This document shows, one piece after another, positions 37,938 through 52,806 of a stretch of 64,000 nt of DNA. This DNA comes from Okamejei kenojei (Eukaryota). Every line of letters begins with the position of its first letter. Positions within the stretch are counted from its first letter, which is position 1. The position numbers and the translations under genes were made by a program. The notes below the pieces were generated by a model. It searched no databases, was not told where the DNA came from, and saw nothing but the letters and a program-made list of their open reading frames with translations. Location of the stretch: contig CM069145.1 of NCBI GenBank assembly GCA_035221665.1, positions 16,306,001-16,370,000 on the forward strand. Direction: 5' to 3'.

Positions 37938-40900
37938 TTTATCCACAATTGCTCCTGCAAGCCTGTTCCTAACGAACACAACACATCGTAGCATGAAAAG
38001 CACAGTTTAACACTGGTACATCTAGTAAATCAGAGCCTCATTGCACACAGATCATTATTACATACTCTGATGAATCCTATGTAGGACAACACTGATGACA
38101 TTAAATTCCATGAGGGATAAAATTCTCCACCATTCTTTGCAACGTCGATTATCGATTAACTTTATTTTATGAAACTTCATTCAAGGTGAAAACATTTGCG
38201 GACCATAATTTATGTCAAGGATCATAATAACTTGTTACAAACATCATAAAAATCAAATCCTAACTACTTTTGAATTTTATCCTAAGCTGCCTTTTAGTTG
38301 GAGTCCATCTGTTTATAATCAATAGAAACTTGAAACTGGGAGTGAAGAGCAGTCGGATTGACTGGGGAATGATCCGCGCATACTCTTTCTATTTACAGCT
38401 TCAAGTTTTACGGCTTGATGTTACAACTGATTGCATTCACCAAGGGAACTTCAGGTTGTGTTTTTTTTTGCTGTTTTTTTGTAAGTTTCACCAGTATTTT
38501 CCTTGAATTTAAAAGGTGCTTGAAAATGCTTTCCTTTTAACCAAGTGTCCAAGACAAATTTCCAAAAAGGATTTCCAGTGTTAGTGACTTTGTAGTCCAG
38601 CTCCTACTTCCTACCAAGTCAGCTATGTAGAAAATATTGAGGCAAATTTTTGAACTTTCAGCCTAGAAATTTGCTCACAGAGTATAAAAACTTTACAGGG
38701 ATTTGATGCAACATTTTCAATGTAGTAAGCAGGAGATCTGTCCCATATGTCAGAAATTCCATAGCACAGATATGCAACCAAAGTTAATTTAATTTTGAAT
38801 GGGACACAATGTGACCAATTGAACAAGGTAATCTTGAAACTTTAGCTGAGCATTTTTGGTTGAGATTCACTGTTTGAAAAACTGTTCTGTTTTGTTTTCA
38901 CATGAATGGACCTGTAATGCTACAGCAAGTAAGAATATAATTGTTCTGTTGCTGGCGCATATGACAATTAAACATTCATGACTCTCGACTGTTGTCGTGT
39001 AGAGAATTTTGAACCATTTCCATGATTTCCACATCAGATAAAATGGGGGTAATGTTGAACCCAATGTTGTGCTCTTTTATGACCCAGCAGTGCACGGCAT
39101 TCCCAAGATAGCGAGGCCATCAAACAAATTACTGGATTGGGACCCTGGCAAGATATATGTAACTTAATTCCTTCTCCCATAATGACACTGATCTTTCCTC
39201 CATGACCTTCTCTCCACAATACCCCCCCCCCCCCCCCCTTTACCAGGGTTCAGTCAGGATCAGTAACCATTAAACTGGGGGCAAATTCTCAGAACTACAA
39301 AGTGAAATGACCCAACCTCACATCCAAATAGACAAATATAGAGGTGTAGTAATTTCTATCTTGATTACAACTTTATGACTTGCGCTCAGTTCTAAAATTC
39401 AGTTTAATTAAGCTTCATTGCACAGTTGCCAAAGGAACCTGTTGGCTGGGTAAAAAGTGATGGTACACAACTCACATCCTGAGCAAGATAAATTGTGGCC
39501 AGTTTGGTTTCCTGGTCTACCACTACTCAGTTAGGAGGCCAGAGAAAAATTTCCAAGAGTTTCCTTTACCAATATTGGCATTTTGGTTATTTTTAATCTG
39601 TTTACTTCTTTCCCACTGTAGGCCACATGGCTGCAGTGGGTGAAAATCTTGTAAGTACTAACTGCACACTATGTACATTATTTTATCATGTCTGTGAGAA
39701 TCAGTCTTGGTGGAGATGTTCCTCGAGTCATACAGCGGAGAAACAGGCCTTTTAGTCCACCTTGTCCATGTTGACCATTAAATGCGTATCCACTGACCGA
39801 ACATTTCATCTCCGTTGTTTTAATATCCGTGCCTATATGATTATCATCGAATCTGAGGCATAGTCCAAGTGTTAGAGCAAGCCTTTACAGGGTAAAGTGA
39901 ACAAGCACTATCACAGTGTTAAAGGGTGTTTAAACTCTTGTCTGAAGGTAACTATTATTACTTATTTCACTGATCAATTTAAATCAGAAAAGACTAGATT
40001 TTTATTAAGCAAAAATGTTAAGGAATTTGGGAAAAGAATGTGGATTTGTGGAGTTAGTCATGCGTCTCATGGCTTGGGTAAATGGGTTATTGCTAATCCT
40101 ATGTTCCTTTGCCACTTTGTCTTAGTTTTAGGAATTCTCATAACTTTTATGTTCAAATCCACTTGAATGCTTCTCTCGAATAGAAGCGGAACTGTACAAT
40201 GCCTTAGTACAAACATGCAGAAAATACATGGTTCGCTTTGTTATCTGAGGGTTAAATAAAGGTTGCATGATTAAAACCAATTAATTAGTTAGAACAGATT
40301 CCAGACATCTTTCCCGTTTCAGTTGAAATCCATTTAAAATAACGATTATTTTCTCTCATCAGAGATGGCAAATCACAACTAATATATTTTGTTCTTAAAT
40401 CAGTTTCTAAAATTCTAATTTAATTCCTAAATTAGTTTCTAAACTTATATAGGTCTGAAATAAGCAACAATGGTTTTATGTTTTTCCTTTAACACATATA
40501 AAGTAAAAATACTTCATGGGATAATTCCACTTCAATCCAAACATTTACTAAGATGAGATAAATGATGTACTCTTCAAATAACTAGACTTTAGAATGGAAT
40601 TTAAATGTTGACACTATACTCAAGACCCTTGTGGCTGTCAGTCACATATATACAAACTCATTCTTCAAGCATTCAGGGAGAACTATACCCATCTTGATTG
40701 AGTCATTGCATAAGTACTTCCCTAATTCAACATGCCCAATTGTAATTGACTTGTGCATAAATTATAAGAAGTCGTGACTTTCTGAGGAGAGGTGGCTGTA
40801 AAACGTCAAAATGAATCTGTTCTTGCCGTGGAAAGTCCAGCGATTTGTATCATCAATTGCACTATATTAGCTTGTAGCACCCTTTTCATATACTGCAAAT

Positions 40901-43164
40901 GAAAAGAAAAATGAACATTGAAGAGCAGGAACAAGTACTAGTCCACCCAGGCTGTTTAACCCTCGGGTCATTGTGTTTGTATTTCACTTATTGGATTGTT
41001 AATAGATTTTCTTCATTTGTGTGAGACATTGTGAATGATGTGCTGAGGCCTTCCCATTATTTCAACATTGGTGCCTGTGGCCCAACTTTAAGAAGATAGT
41101 GTTAAAAGCTGCTGGAGTTTCCACCTCTTGACAACATCCCAGCTGTAGAATAGCAATAGCAATCCTCTTGTGGCAGTTTTAATTATCGGCACTGGCGATA
41201 CCATCAGTAAGTGTGTAATTACGTGTCAGTTTCCTGGCTGTTGGGTATGAAAAGTGGAACCAGTGAGATGATGATTGTTGAAACTGTAGACTCATATTTA
41301 AACAATTCAAAATGTGTAACTGGCAGTGTCATTAAACAGAGAGAGCCTGACCCTGGCTGTCAGTTACTCTTCCTTTATGCAGATTTCTTCAGCTGTCTGT
41401 CAAAGTGTTACATGCTTAAAATGGGATGGAACAGGAAGTGTAAAGCTTGGAGTGCAATACTGCCACTTCATTCAACTCCAACAGAGTGAGTTATATGCTC
41501 TGAATAATGACAGCTGCACTGATTTTTTTTTAAATTCTAAAACTCTATAGACTTCACAGGAAATTGCTTACTTCTGGGTGCACATAAATAAACCCACATT
41601 ATTATGACAATATAATTTTATATACAGAATAATGCTCTGGAGACCCATCTTTCAGATATTTGGCCCTACAGTCAAGATACTCTAAGAAGAGTGTCTTACA
41701 GCAAAAATATTTATAGCCCTTGGATTCTATTTCTTGTGTAATTTTTTCAGTTAGTTAGAACATGGAAAATTACATTGTTTTCAAAGTAATTCATTTATAC
41801 CTGAAAGTAAAAGTTTAACTGTTTTTTTAAAGTTATTAAAAACTTTATCATGGATTTATTTAAAATGTTCAACGTTATTTTTGGGATGCTTGCTAATATC
41901 AATTTACACAAAGGTTGCATTCTGTAAATTAAAAATTAATATGTAAGGTTTTTTTAAATTAAGCTGTGGGGAATTTAGGTACAATTTCATACAATAAAAC
42001 TTTTGAAATGCAAAAGGATACCATCACATAAGTCTTTAAATGGTCCTTTAAAACTGGACTATAAGAAACCCATAAAATGATTGAATCATAATTATTTTGT
42101 TTAAAATGTATTTACTAAAATGGAAAGAAAAAGGTAACATGGAAATAATCCACAAGAAATATAGGCTTACCGATGTGCATACATTTAAATCGTCAGAGTT
42201 ATTTGAATGAAATATTTCTAATCTGTTCTGGATCATCACATTTATATTTGTTTCAGTAAGTGGGTTAACTGCTTCTGCTGATCAAGAAAATGCTAAAGTT
42301 CTCCTGTTTTCTTAAAAGCCAAGTCAGTACTCTAATTAAACTATTGAAAGCTTAATATCATGAATTATTTATGATATCATAGAGAAACAATAAGAAAGGT
42401 GATCAGCAATATTTACAGAATTTGTCTCTGTGTATTTAAAATACTTTTTGTCCCCCTCTTTGAAATGTTGTGAAATGAGAAGATGTTCTGCTAAAATAAA
42501 TGTTGAGGACATTGTACTTAAAGCGGTAGATTAGCGTGTTTATGCAACAGAGTCATACATCAATGGTGAATTGGAGGCCATTTCTACTTCCCTTCTGATT
42601 TGCTGTTGCCCACTAAAACCACCATTGTGCAGAGTCTAAATCCACTTCAGAATTTGCTGTTAACTTTGCAATGCATTATCAGCACTTGATTGGGTAAATA
42701 TGAGAACAATTTCTGACATGTAAGTATCCAGCGTTAACTTTTGAAATGCTATAACTACTGTCAAAGATCTCCTGTTACTTAATGAGTTCTCAGCAATTGA
42801 CTCAGCGCTGAAATAGTTGTAATATCATGAACCTTCAGATTATGCCCTTCTGCGAAAAAGATAGCTGAAGAATTATGACTGTTTACATTGAACTGTATGG
42901 AGATACTAACAATGAAATAAGAGCTAATTTAACATTTACCATTACTCCAAACTCTGAAAATGTAATTTTACAAGTGTTGTGACTGAGCCCCTCAATTGAA
43001 AATGAATAGGATATCTAATTGATAATGCCCTTGGTTGCTGGAGTCTCATGTCCAGATGAGATGCAGATCTTGCAGCCATGGCTGTTCCCCATGAGCTTTA
43101 ACTCTTGATAAAACTCATGCTTTTAACGAATATTTGACAATTTCTTCATGCCTTTAATTAGAAG

Positions 43165-43325
43165 AATATCATACAGCATGGAAACAGTCCCTTTGGCCCA
43201 ACATGTCCATGCTGACCAAACTGTCTCATCTGCACTAGTCCTACCCGGCCATTTTGGTCCATATCCCTCTATACCTTTCCTATCCACGTACCTGTCCAAA
43301 TCTCTAGTAACTGTTGTAATAGTAC
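43165..43325 (-). mobile_element. HER1/CR1-like 3' tail
   Basis: tacagcatggaaacagtccctttggcccaac...ggtccatatccctctatacctttcc. Confidence 0.75.
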
Positions 43326-43744
43326 TAAGTGTCTTTTAAATGTACAATAACAACATTTAAAATCACCACATCTTATTTTATTTAGATGCAATTATATTTA
43401 AAACGCACACAACTGATGTGAAGCATTGGTCTGGGTTGTGCTTCTCTTCAGTAAGTGATTGTCTCCATCACTGCTGTGTAATGTATTCATCAGTGGTTCA
43501 ATGGACAACCACCAGCTGAAGAGGAGCATGGTCATGAACCTAAACCTCAGATTTAAACTATCTACACGTATATCTCCCATTATCCCAATGTTTGTCATTG
43601 CTTCCCTTCATATTTCCAATGTTCCATCAACATTTTGTGCATTTTGTACTTTATACTTCTTGTTTAAGACATTGCCGCATACTTCAGTCAGAGGGGTTAC
43701 TCTTCAGAGATCGTATTCGATTCCCTTGGAAGATACCTCTGTTA

Positions 43745-44070
43745 TTGGGATTGGTTTCTTATTGTCAAAGGCATAGTGAAAAACTTTGCTTTGCCTGCTG
43801 TCATGCAGATCAAACTGTACATTAATGAAATTATACGATATACGAGTACATCATATAGTGCAAAAGAGAAAATAAACATCGTACAAAATATGTTGTTACA
43901 GTGACGGAATAAATGCAGATAAAAAGATGACAAAGTGCAAGGGTAGCAAGAGGTAGATTGGAAGATTGGCTATACTTCCTGAGCATTTGAGAAGCCCATT
44001 CAGAAGTCTGACCACAGCAGGGAATGTGTTGTTCTTGAATCTGGTTGTGTGGTTGAATCAAGCTTTGGTA
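43745..44070 (-). mobile_element. Rex1-like 3' tail, decayed
   Basis: ccattcagaagtctgaccacagcagggaatgtgttgttcttgaatctgg is the reverse of the RF.NSFFPA..RLLN-coding block. Confidence 0.6.
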
Positions 44071-44199
44071 TCTTCTGCCAATCCTCCCCTCCCCCTCCTT
44101 TTCACCTACCATTCCCCTTCTACATTTCACTACTCATCTTTCTTTCTCATCAGATATCAGTCCAGTTTTTCTATTCCACTGTTGTGATTTCTACCATAC

Positions 44200-44363
44200 A
44201 TTCCCTCACCAGCTTTCCCTCCTCTACCCCATCAATCTGCACAAGGCTCCTGATCCAAAAAGTTGTCTGTTCATTTCCCTCCATGGATGCTGCCCGACCC
44301 GCTGAGTTCCTCCATCAGTTTGTATTTTGCTCAGGATTCAAGCGTCTGCAGTCTCTTGTGTCG
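44200..44363 (+). mobile_element. Short Penelope-derived element
   Basis: gatgctgcccgacccgctgagttcctcca...gcgtctgcagtctcttgtgtc. Confidence 0.7.
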
Positions 44364-44377
44364 CCAGATCAAGGATA

Positions 44378-44612
44378 TTAACACTATCCTACACACACTA
44401 GGGATAGTTTTTACATTTACCAAGCCAATTTACCTACAAATGTGTATGTCTTTGGAGTGTGGGCGGAAACTGCAGATCGCGGAGAAAACCCACGCAGTCA
44501 CAGGGAGAACTTACAAACTCTGTACAGACAACACCCATAGTCAGGATCGAACCCGGCTCTCCAGCATTGCCAGCACTGTAAAGCAGCGATTCAACCACTG
44601 CGCCTCCATGCC
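44378..44612 (-). mobile_element. HE1-like SINE
   Basis: Reverse B box (ggatcgaacc) and V-core. Confidence 0.85.
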
Positions 44613-45803
44613 TTAGTGTTGTTGAAGATTGTGAAATGTCACATATTTCTCCTCTTCCATTTTTCCCCCTTCCCCTCTTTTTAATCTTTATTCCCTCTCC
44701 TTTCTCTTTCCAGATCCAATTGGGTATTGACTTCATCCATTGTAATCAATGTTCCATCATAGTTCTGTTTATTTTTAGTCCTTTACATTCGTGGAATCAG
44801 CGGATAAGCAAGTTTTCCTTTCACTTATCAAACTTCCAGGTGTCCTCTTACCCCAGTTGCCAGCTGACCCCCCAAGAATTTAACAAAGCAAAGAAATAAG
44901 AGCAACTCCACTAACTGGACAGATCTTGAGATGCCACGCACCAAAAATTGTGGTCTGATGTGTGCCGGTTAGGTGCTCATTAGCAGAAATTTAATGCGCA
45001 GTGTATTACACAAGGTATCTCGGCAAAAATGTCAATCCTAGCAACAGAAATGTCACTTGCAGAGGGGGAGAAAAAAAATAATATATACAATAGCCTGTGC
45101 GGGTTAGAGGTGGGAGGTTATTAATTCAGGTCCTGTAAATTAAAAAAAAAGATTATGTACTTAGGCAATATGCATAATAAGGGTAATAAACCAACAAAGA
45201 TAGTTTATAATATAAATAAGTTGATTTTTGGAAGGGAAAGACCCTTACATCCTCCATACTAATAAAATTCAAGTATATTCATCAGGAATTGTAGATATTG
45301 CATTAAAGGTTGTAATTGAGAATAAATTAGAACCCTGAAGAGTAATGGATAGGACTGTATTTAAAATCTCTGAGGATCAATTTGTCACAGTAAATTATTA
45401 TCCAGGAAGGGCCATTTTTTTGCCAACTTTGGAGGCCTCCTTCTGCATATTTATAGTAGTATTAGTTATATAAAAATATATGCATATGATCAAATTACTT
45501 AAATACAATATTGAAAACACCAACTCAATTATCAAAGCCATATTAATCATAGACACACAGTAAATCTTCACAGGTTGCATTTATACCTATCTTTTCAGAA
45601 TTGTCACATTCTTGCTTTTTTTTTGCATGCAGAGGCAGGTACAGTTCATCCAGCAGAACTATGCAAGCATGTCTCACAAAGAAACTAATTATTCCTGATG
45701 CGCTACTTAAGAAATCATAGCCTTTGTTTCTCACACTTTGCTGTCACAGCATTGCTTGCTGTTCCCATTCTCAGTCAACAAATAATAGCCTGGATTTCGC
45801 AGT

Positions 45804-45914
45804 TGTAATGATGGCGAAACTGGCAGCATTCGCCATCATTACACGTGAAATTGACAGCAACGTCTGAAGTCCGCACATGCACAGCTAAACACGGAAATCC
45901 AGAAGTCGCTGTCA
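45804..45914. repeat. Double-hairpin element, unclassified
   Basis: Perfect 15-bp IR tgtaatgatggcgaa/ttcgccatcattaca (45804-45843) and a 13/15 IR (45852-45866 / 45900-45914). Confidence 0.7.
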
Positions 45915-48900
45915 GTAATTCGGAGGTTGTCCATGTGCTCCACTGTTTTGCAGGCTCCTTCAGCTGAATCAGTGAATTGGCATGAGCTCCAGTTATTTAT
46001 GAACTTTTCCTGCTGTAAAATACCCCGAGAAAATATTACGCTGCGTTGCATGAAATGTAAGTGAATTTTTAATGGAATTCTGATATTTAGCTATCTTGCC
46101 GGCTTTAACATATGTTAGACACTTGAATTGTCATTCCATGATTTAAATATTAGAATTGTCTTTAAAATATTTTTTTGTTTTTCTCTTAAACCTATATGAT
46201 GCATTAGCTGCAGTCTGATAGAACATGCTTACTTTATTTTTACTTCACAATCCAGAAAATGTTTAAGATGTTGTTTAAAAGTTGTACTTTTTGCTTCCTG
46301 GTTTGATGCCTGTGAGGATCATTCAATGCCTTGGAACATCTGTGCCATTGTTTCCGCCATACTGTGCAGTGAAAATCATCTCCACTCCACAATGTTGGAA
46401 GGATTGGATTAGTAGCAAGATCACTGGGTATAGCTATGTATCTCCACTGCTGTTCTATGTGCTAATTAAAGTTTCAACCTGAGAAATAGCCCTGGCTAGA
46501 AATATTTTACCACCTCCTAATGACTGTGTGAGTGTTTGAGTCTTTGAACATGCATATTTCAAGATTAGACTCATTTCACTCACTAGAAGAAACCAGTTGA
46601 ATTGCCTTCAACTGCTCTTAAAAAAACTAATCCAATTAATCAGATAATTTCTTTTTTCAGTTGTATGAATACAAGAAATAGTGGCAGTAGGAGCCAAATG
46701 ACCCATCAGGCCTAATCCTCTGTCCAATAACATCATGGCTGGTTTGATCTTTAGCCTCTGCACCATTTACCTGCCCATGATGATAACCTCGCCACCTTGC
46801 AACAGGCTTTTTGAAAAGTTGTTCGTAGTTTAGGCTCTTTGTTTCAACTACATTAGCTGGAATATCACTGCTCTAGTTTCTGGACAGGAGTTCTGCCAGT
46901 CGTTTACAGGGCAATAAGGGCTCACTGTGCAAAGTGACAAAAGACTGATTCTTTCTCTTCCTCACTACCCAAGACTAGCTTAGCAGCATCCCCTCCCCCC
47001 CTCCCCACTCCACGCCTGTAAACGACAGAGCAATTCAATCTGCGGGCCGGCCAAGAACCAACAAGACTCACAAACAGAGGCCAATCTGGTTCAAGTGTCA
47101 GTCAAAGCTGGCGTTTTGAGCTCAGGCCCACTAAAGGAGAATCAGATCAGCTAGTTTAATCTGAAGCAACTTCCTTGTAAAGCAGCTCAAGTCACATCAC
47201 TGAGAAAGGAGTCAGCTTGGTGCAATAAGCTCCATTCCGCCCTCTCATATGTGCACACTCATTTTGTCCTCTGGATGAGAATGTTGAAGATTGCTTTTCA
47301 ATGCAGAGATGTGGGATGATTTGTAAAACATTCATATGTGTATCTTTCCCATCTGGTTTCTGCTCTGGGAAATCAAAAGTGAATTTAAAAAAATGTGTTG
47401 AGTGAATTATTAAGTGAAACTATATTTTATTTAGATTTCTTAATTCTGCACTTGAAACTTTATCAGCTGCAAGCCTTCCTTATATTGCTGACTGCAGCTT
47501 ACCTGTAGAATCTGGTTTTTGTGTGTGTGTATATATATATTACTTTTCACAAATATCACTTTTGTTTTGTTTCAAGGAATCTTGCCAGTTATAAAACAGA
47601 GTTGCTTTTAAGGTATGGAGACACTCGATTTGACATTTTCGCAGAAAGTATTTTAATAATTGTCTTGGGATGTCAGTATGAGTAAACACCTCACTGTAGA
47701 ATTTTAAGGTAAACTACAGAGTGGTGTTTGCTGTGAACTTGTCCAGATTTTGTTGGTCGGCGAGCTGTGTAGTGAGTTAATTAAGACAAAGTAAAGCCAT
47801 TTTTTCTCATTTTTGTTTCACCACTGAATGGAATATGTTAGTCTAGTTTACATGCATTGATATTTCCTGAGCATTGACCTTTAAACTCGTATGTAGCCAC
47901 AGCGTCGTAATTGCTTCGAGTGCGAATTATCTGACTGGAGCCGCTGCCTAATCTTTTCAAGTCGTTTGCAGTGCATTCCACAGTAGGACAGTGCTGTTAC
48001 GGGCTCCTGAATTTCTTGCTTACCCGGCAATGGGCAAAGTCATTAAACATTAACAGTAATAGTATTTCCACTGTAATTAACTGTTAATTACTTCCACATG
48101 TTAATAGAGTTTGGGGGAAAGGATTTTTTGCTATTGTTACAGCTCCTAAAATAATTTCCATGTGATAATTTTCCAGGATATCAAAATTTGAATAATTATG
48201 CACTAATTAAGAAAGAGGGAAAGTAGGCCTGCTACAGGAGTTAAGACTGCATTAATTTTAATGTTTTTACAGCATTTTAATTGGTATAAGGGCAGTAAAT
48301 TGAGAGCTGCTGCACAGCTCTAATAGGAATGGGGCTGCCTTGCAATATGCCTCTTATGTACTGAAGCCCAAGGTCAGCACAAGTTTGCAAAATCCCTCTG
48401 CTCTTCAGACGAAATGTATTGGTGGTGAAGCATGCATCTATCACTCTGACAAGCATTTAACTCTGCAAGAGCACATGCTCTCAGATCTTAAATTATTAAT
48501 TGCATTAAATACATTTTCATATTGCAGGCTGTTTGCTGTAAACTGCTCCCCAGTACGAAGATATTTTCCCTACAGTTTGAAATTTCAGTAACCTTCCGTG
48601 TTTGAACTTAGCCAAGCTGGGTTGGGGACTTCTAGCAGGCATGCGGCAGAAGGCGTGCTTCTATGGCATGCGACCCTGTGATATACGGTACCTTTTTCTT
48701 CTGAAATATAAAACACTTACAGTGATTAGAACACCTGCTGTTTAAGTGGAAAAAAAGATGGTAGAAAGTTAACAAAGACAAATTATGTGAACATTCGCCA
48801 AGGCATTTTTCACCCAACACTTTTTTTTTTTCCTGCTCCAGTTTTACAGATACCATTGCATTAATTAGAAATTTAGGCAAATGACATAAGTGCTCTAATT

Positions 48901-51900
48901 TTTTATTTCTGCCAGGAGAACAATTAGGCAGTTAGTTCTAACAAATGGTCTGACCGCACAATGCTTGTTGGAAATTTCCAGACTACATTATTTCTGAAAA
49001 GTCAAAACAAATAACGGTTGTTTCTCCCAGTTTTTACCATCAGCTTTGTCAGCTTCAGCAGATGCACTGTACCATTGTTGTCTCCATTGTCATGCCTCAT
49101 TAAAGTATGCTGACTCTTGTGGATTCACATTTCCTTTAGGTAAATAGTTATTTACATGAACTGTGACATTTATCTTAGATGACAATTTCTAATTACTCAC
49201 AGAACTAAGGGTGATGCATTGAAGATGGCTTCACCTGCAGAAAAATTACTTTGAATTAGCTCGCTTAAAATACATAGGATCTGCAAAGTGGACAAATTAG
49301 GGTCTTCTTAGCCACATATGGCACATGTTTAAAAAATGTTTCATATAGTACTGACTCTGGAGAACAATTCCTGATGATGGAGTAGACAAGCTCTTTGCTC
49401 ATATGGGGGGTCCATTTTGTTGCTGAGCTTTGCCAGGATAGCACAGGCTTTGTTAGGGCTCCTTTCAGTCCATCTTGCTAGTTTGGTGTGGTCTTAATAA
49501 GACAAAATATATTTTGCTGACATTACCTGCATCTTTCCCCACATCTACATATGCGAATCTTTTTGCTGGCGCTGGAGGGAAATCTGTTTTAAAAAATACA
49601 TACTTGGAGGTATGCATCAGTCTGTTGCTATGAGGCTGCAGACAGATCAAAGGATTGTATTGTCTTATAAATATATCTACCCTAGCGCAGGTGGACACCA
49701 GCCATGCAATCCACCATAATTTCAGCAATCACGTCACAAACAATCTCTAACATAGACGTATTCTTCTTAAATTTGAAATCATCCACAAAGAAAGTTGTTC
49801 AGAATCCATGACAGCCACCCTAGAGATTATTCCCCATCTAACTGATAGGTTTTTCATTTTCCAAACTTCTTTATCGAGACAATACAGCTCCTTTAACTCC
49901 ATGTCGAAGTGTAATCAATAGTCGTGCACTGACATGTTACTATTTCAGTTGCCTGTACTCATTCTCTGTATATCTCTGGTCTCTTGACCTTATTACAATA
50001 TCTGTATATTGTTTTACCTTGAAAACCAGTACGTAAATACAATGTATTCGCCTTTAATCTAAAAATGAGTCTTTAATAATTGTCAGGCTCTGCGTATGGC
50101 AAAGGAAATGAGTTCTTAGCAAAACCATCCGATACGATTAGAAAATTGTTTTTTTCCCAATACGTAAATGCAGGGAAAAGTAATATTTATAGGCTTACCA
50201 GAGATTTATTGAATACAGGCTTTACAACCCACATAGGTTCTTCCTGTAGTCGAACAAAACAAAGAAAGGAACTGAGTGGTCTCAATAGCTCTTTCCCCAT
50301 AAATCTGTGTTGGCATAAAAATTGGTATTGCCTCTATCCTTATTTGTGAATGATTCTCCCTAACGTGACTTTGGTTACCAAGATTGGTTTGATTTGATAC
50401 ATTTGCGGCACAGCATGACGTTGAATGTGCATCAGTTTTTTGGACATTAATTGATTGATCAGAATAGGGAATAAAAAGACAGAGACAAGAACTGCCTAAA
50501 TAAATAAATACAAGTAAATTATAACCAGCAGTTTTGAAAACCTTCTTGGCTACTGTCTGGTCTAACCTGATTGGCCTGTGGTGAGTTAAAATATATAGCC
50601 ATAATATATGACTACCCATGTCAAACTAGCCTCAGCCTGAAGCCTAAAAGGAATTCTGAGCACAGGGTAAGTAGTATTTCATCAATAAAATCATAAAATA
50701 AAGACATTAAAATGAAGGAATGATTGAATGCTGCAGGACATTTGTACAATCACCCTTCAGTCATTGCTTATAATAGGGGAAATCTTAAAAACCATATACT
50801 CACTATATAAATTTGCTTATAAATAAAGTATTTTAAGACAAAGTCTGCTTGTAGTATCCAATGTACACTAAGGTGTCAAACACTTGCCTGCCAGTACAAA
50901 CCTCGCACCCGTTCGGTTTAGCTTTCCTTTCGCTTTTAAATGTAAATCTAGTGTAAAACATTGCTGCAATAATGTCAGCAACGACAATCTTGTGTAAGGA
51001 CAGAAATACTTGAGCCTTCCAACAAGATTACTCAAAATATTTAATTTGTGAATTTACCGCGAGAATAAGCATCTCATTCTTTTTCCTCAGTCTCGTTGCA
51101 TGCTATGTGATTTTACAGATGCATTAGAGTATTTCATACTCACTTTCCTCTGTAATTTTATCTAATTAAATTTTTGAATGATCAGCTGAAATATGTGCAT
51201 GTTTTAATGGTCATGTTATTTTTGATGCCTGTAGACTCAGCACTTTGCATTTAAATGTACAAATGCTACACGTTTACCTTAACAAAACAGTTTAAAATAA
51301 ATACCCCAAATGTGCTGTCATGGAACTTGCTTTCAGCAGTCATTCGCAGGATGTTGCAAATCCTTTTGTGTAAAATTTTAAGATATTTATGTTTTCATGA
51401 TAAGAATTGCTGCCTATTGAATGACCATTACCGTACCAAGTTCAAGTCAGGGTCTTGAGTATTGAGCGACTGTGTACTGGAACTACTTGTCAAAAGCTGG
51501 TCATGTTGTTGGTCTCAGCTTTCCAAAGATAGCTAATTTACCCGTGAAGTGATGCTATTTCATGCCCTAATTTTCCATCGAAAATTTGCAATGGAACCGC
51601 TCAATACACATAAACACAATGGACCACACTAAGCATAATGACCTCGGAAGTGTTGCAGCCATCGTCTCACGCCACCTGCATCAAAGAGCTGATCAAACAG
51701 AGTAATAAAGGTTCGATCTGAATCATTGGACACCTGATTTCAAATCCATTCACTGTATCGAGCCTGATTTCAGACAGACTGCTGCGTAACATAGATATCC
51801 GGTTGGTAACTTCAGTTTTCCGAATACTCACATTGCCTTGCATTTATAAGACAATAATATCAACTTAAACTATGTTTACTATTCTCAATTTTAACCAAAG

Positions 51901-52096
51901 ATTGGGTGGAGGGAATTTGGAGAGAGGAAAGGTGGATGGGACTGGCATTGTCTTCCCCAGTTTTAGGGTACGGACATCGATCATTGAAGATCTATTTTAG
52001 AAGCAATATGCCTTGTGTCTTAAAGGTACAATGAAATAATTCCATGGCATATCTGTGATAGCGTAAACAGGGAATATGTCCATGGATGTACTGGAT

Positions 52097-52773
52097 TGTG
52101 TGCGGACGGGACGTCGAAGGACGAGAAGCTGAAGCGAAGAAGTGGAAGCCAGGATGCTGAACGGACATGGCACCGAAAGGATACGAACCCTAATGGACAC
52201 GACGCCACAAAGACAGGACGCAGAACGGACAAGACATCGAAAAGCCGCCGAACGGACATGACGTCTCCTGGGAAGGGATTTGTCCAGGACCTTGTTAGCG
52301 ATTGGTCCAGACTCCCGCATCCATCACATCACTGGCCGGGGAAAGACAGGAAGGTGGGGGGGGGGGGGGGGGGGGGTGGGGGGGGGGAAACTTGAGCTTG
52401 CATTTGTAAAATGGTGGCAGTGACACTAAGCTGCTGCGATTGCCACAGAGGCAGTGATGTGATGGACGCTGCGGGGGTTTGGACCAATCGCTGACCTTTG
52501 TCGATGACTGACAAAGTGTCGGACCAATCCCGCCCCTGGAGACGTACAAGGTATAACAATTTAACTATTTCAAAATGTAACAAGGTACAACATTTCTTGC
52601 AGCAAATATAGATATTTTAAAGTGTTTCATACCTATTTATCATTTTGGCTACATCAGATTGTTTTTCAGCTTAAAATCTGACGGGAACGAACATGACATT
52701 GAAAAGCCTCTGCGTCAATCGCAGCTCCTTGGAGTCACTGGCTCCATTTTACAAACGCAAGCTCAAACTCCTC

Positions 52774-52806
<33 letters not shown>

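Noticed and set aside
50560-50672. Reverse CCAAT, TATA-like motif and strong donor (agg|gtaagt) suggesting a first exon
   Set aside because: Short motifs expected by chance in AT-rich DNA; no CpG island or downstream exon found.
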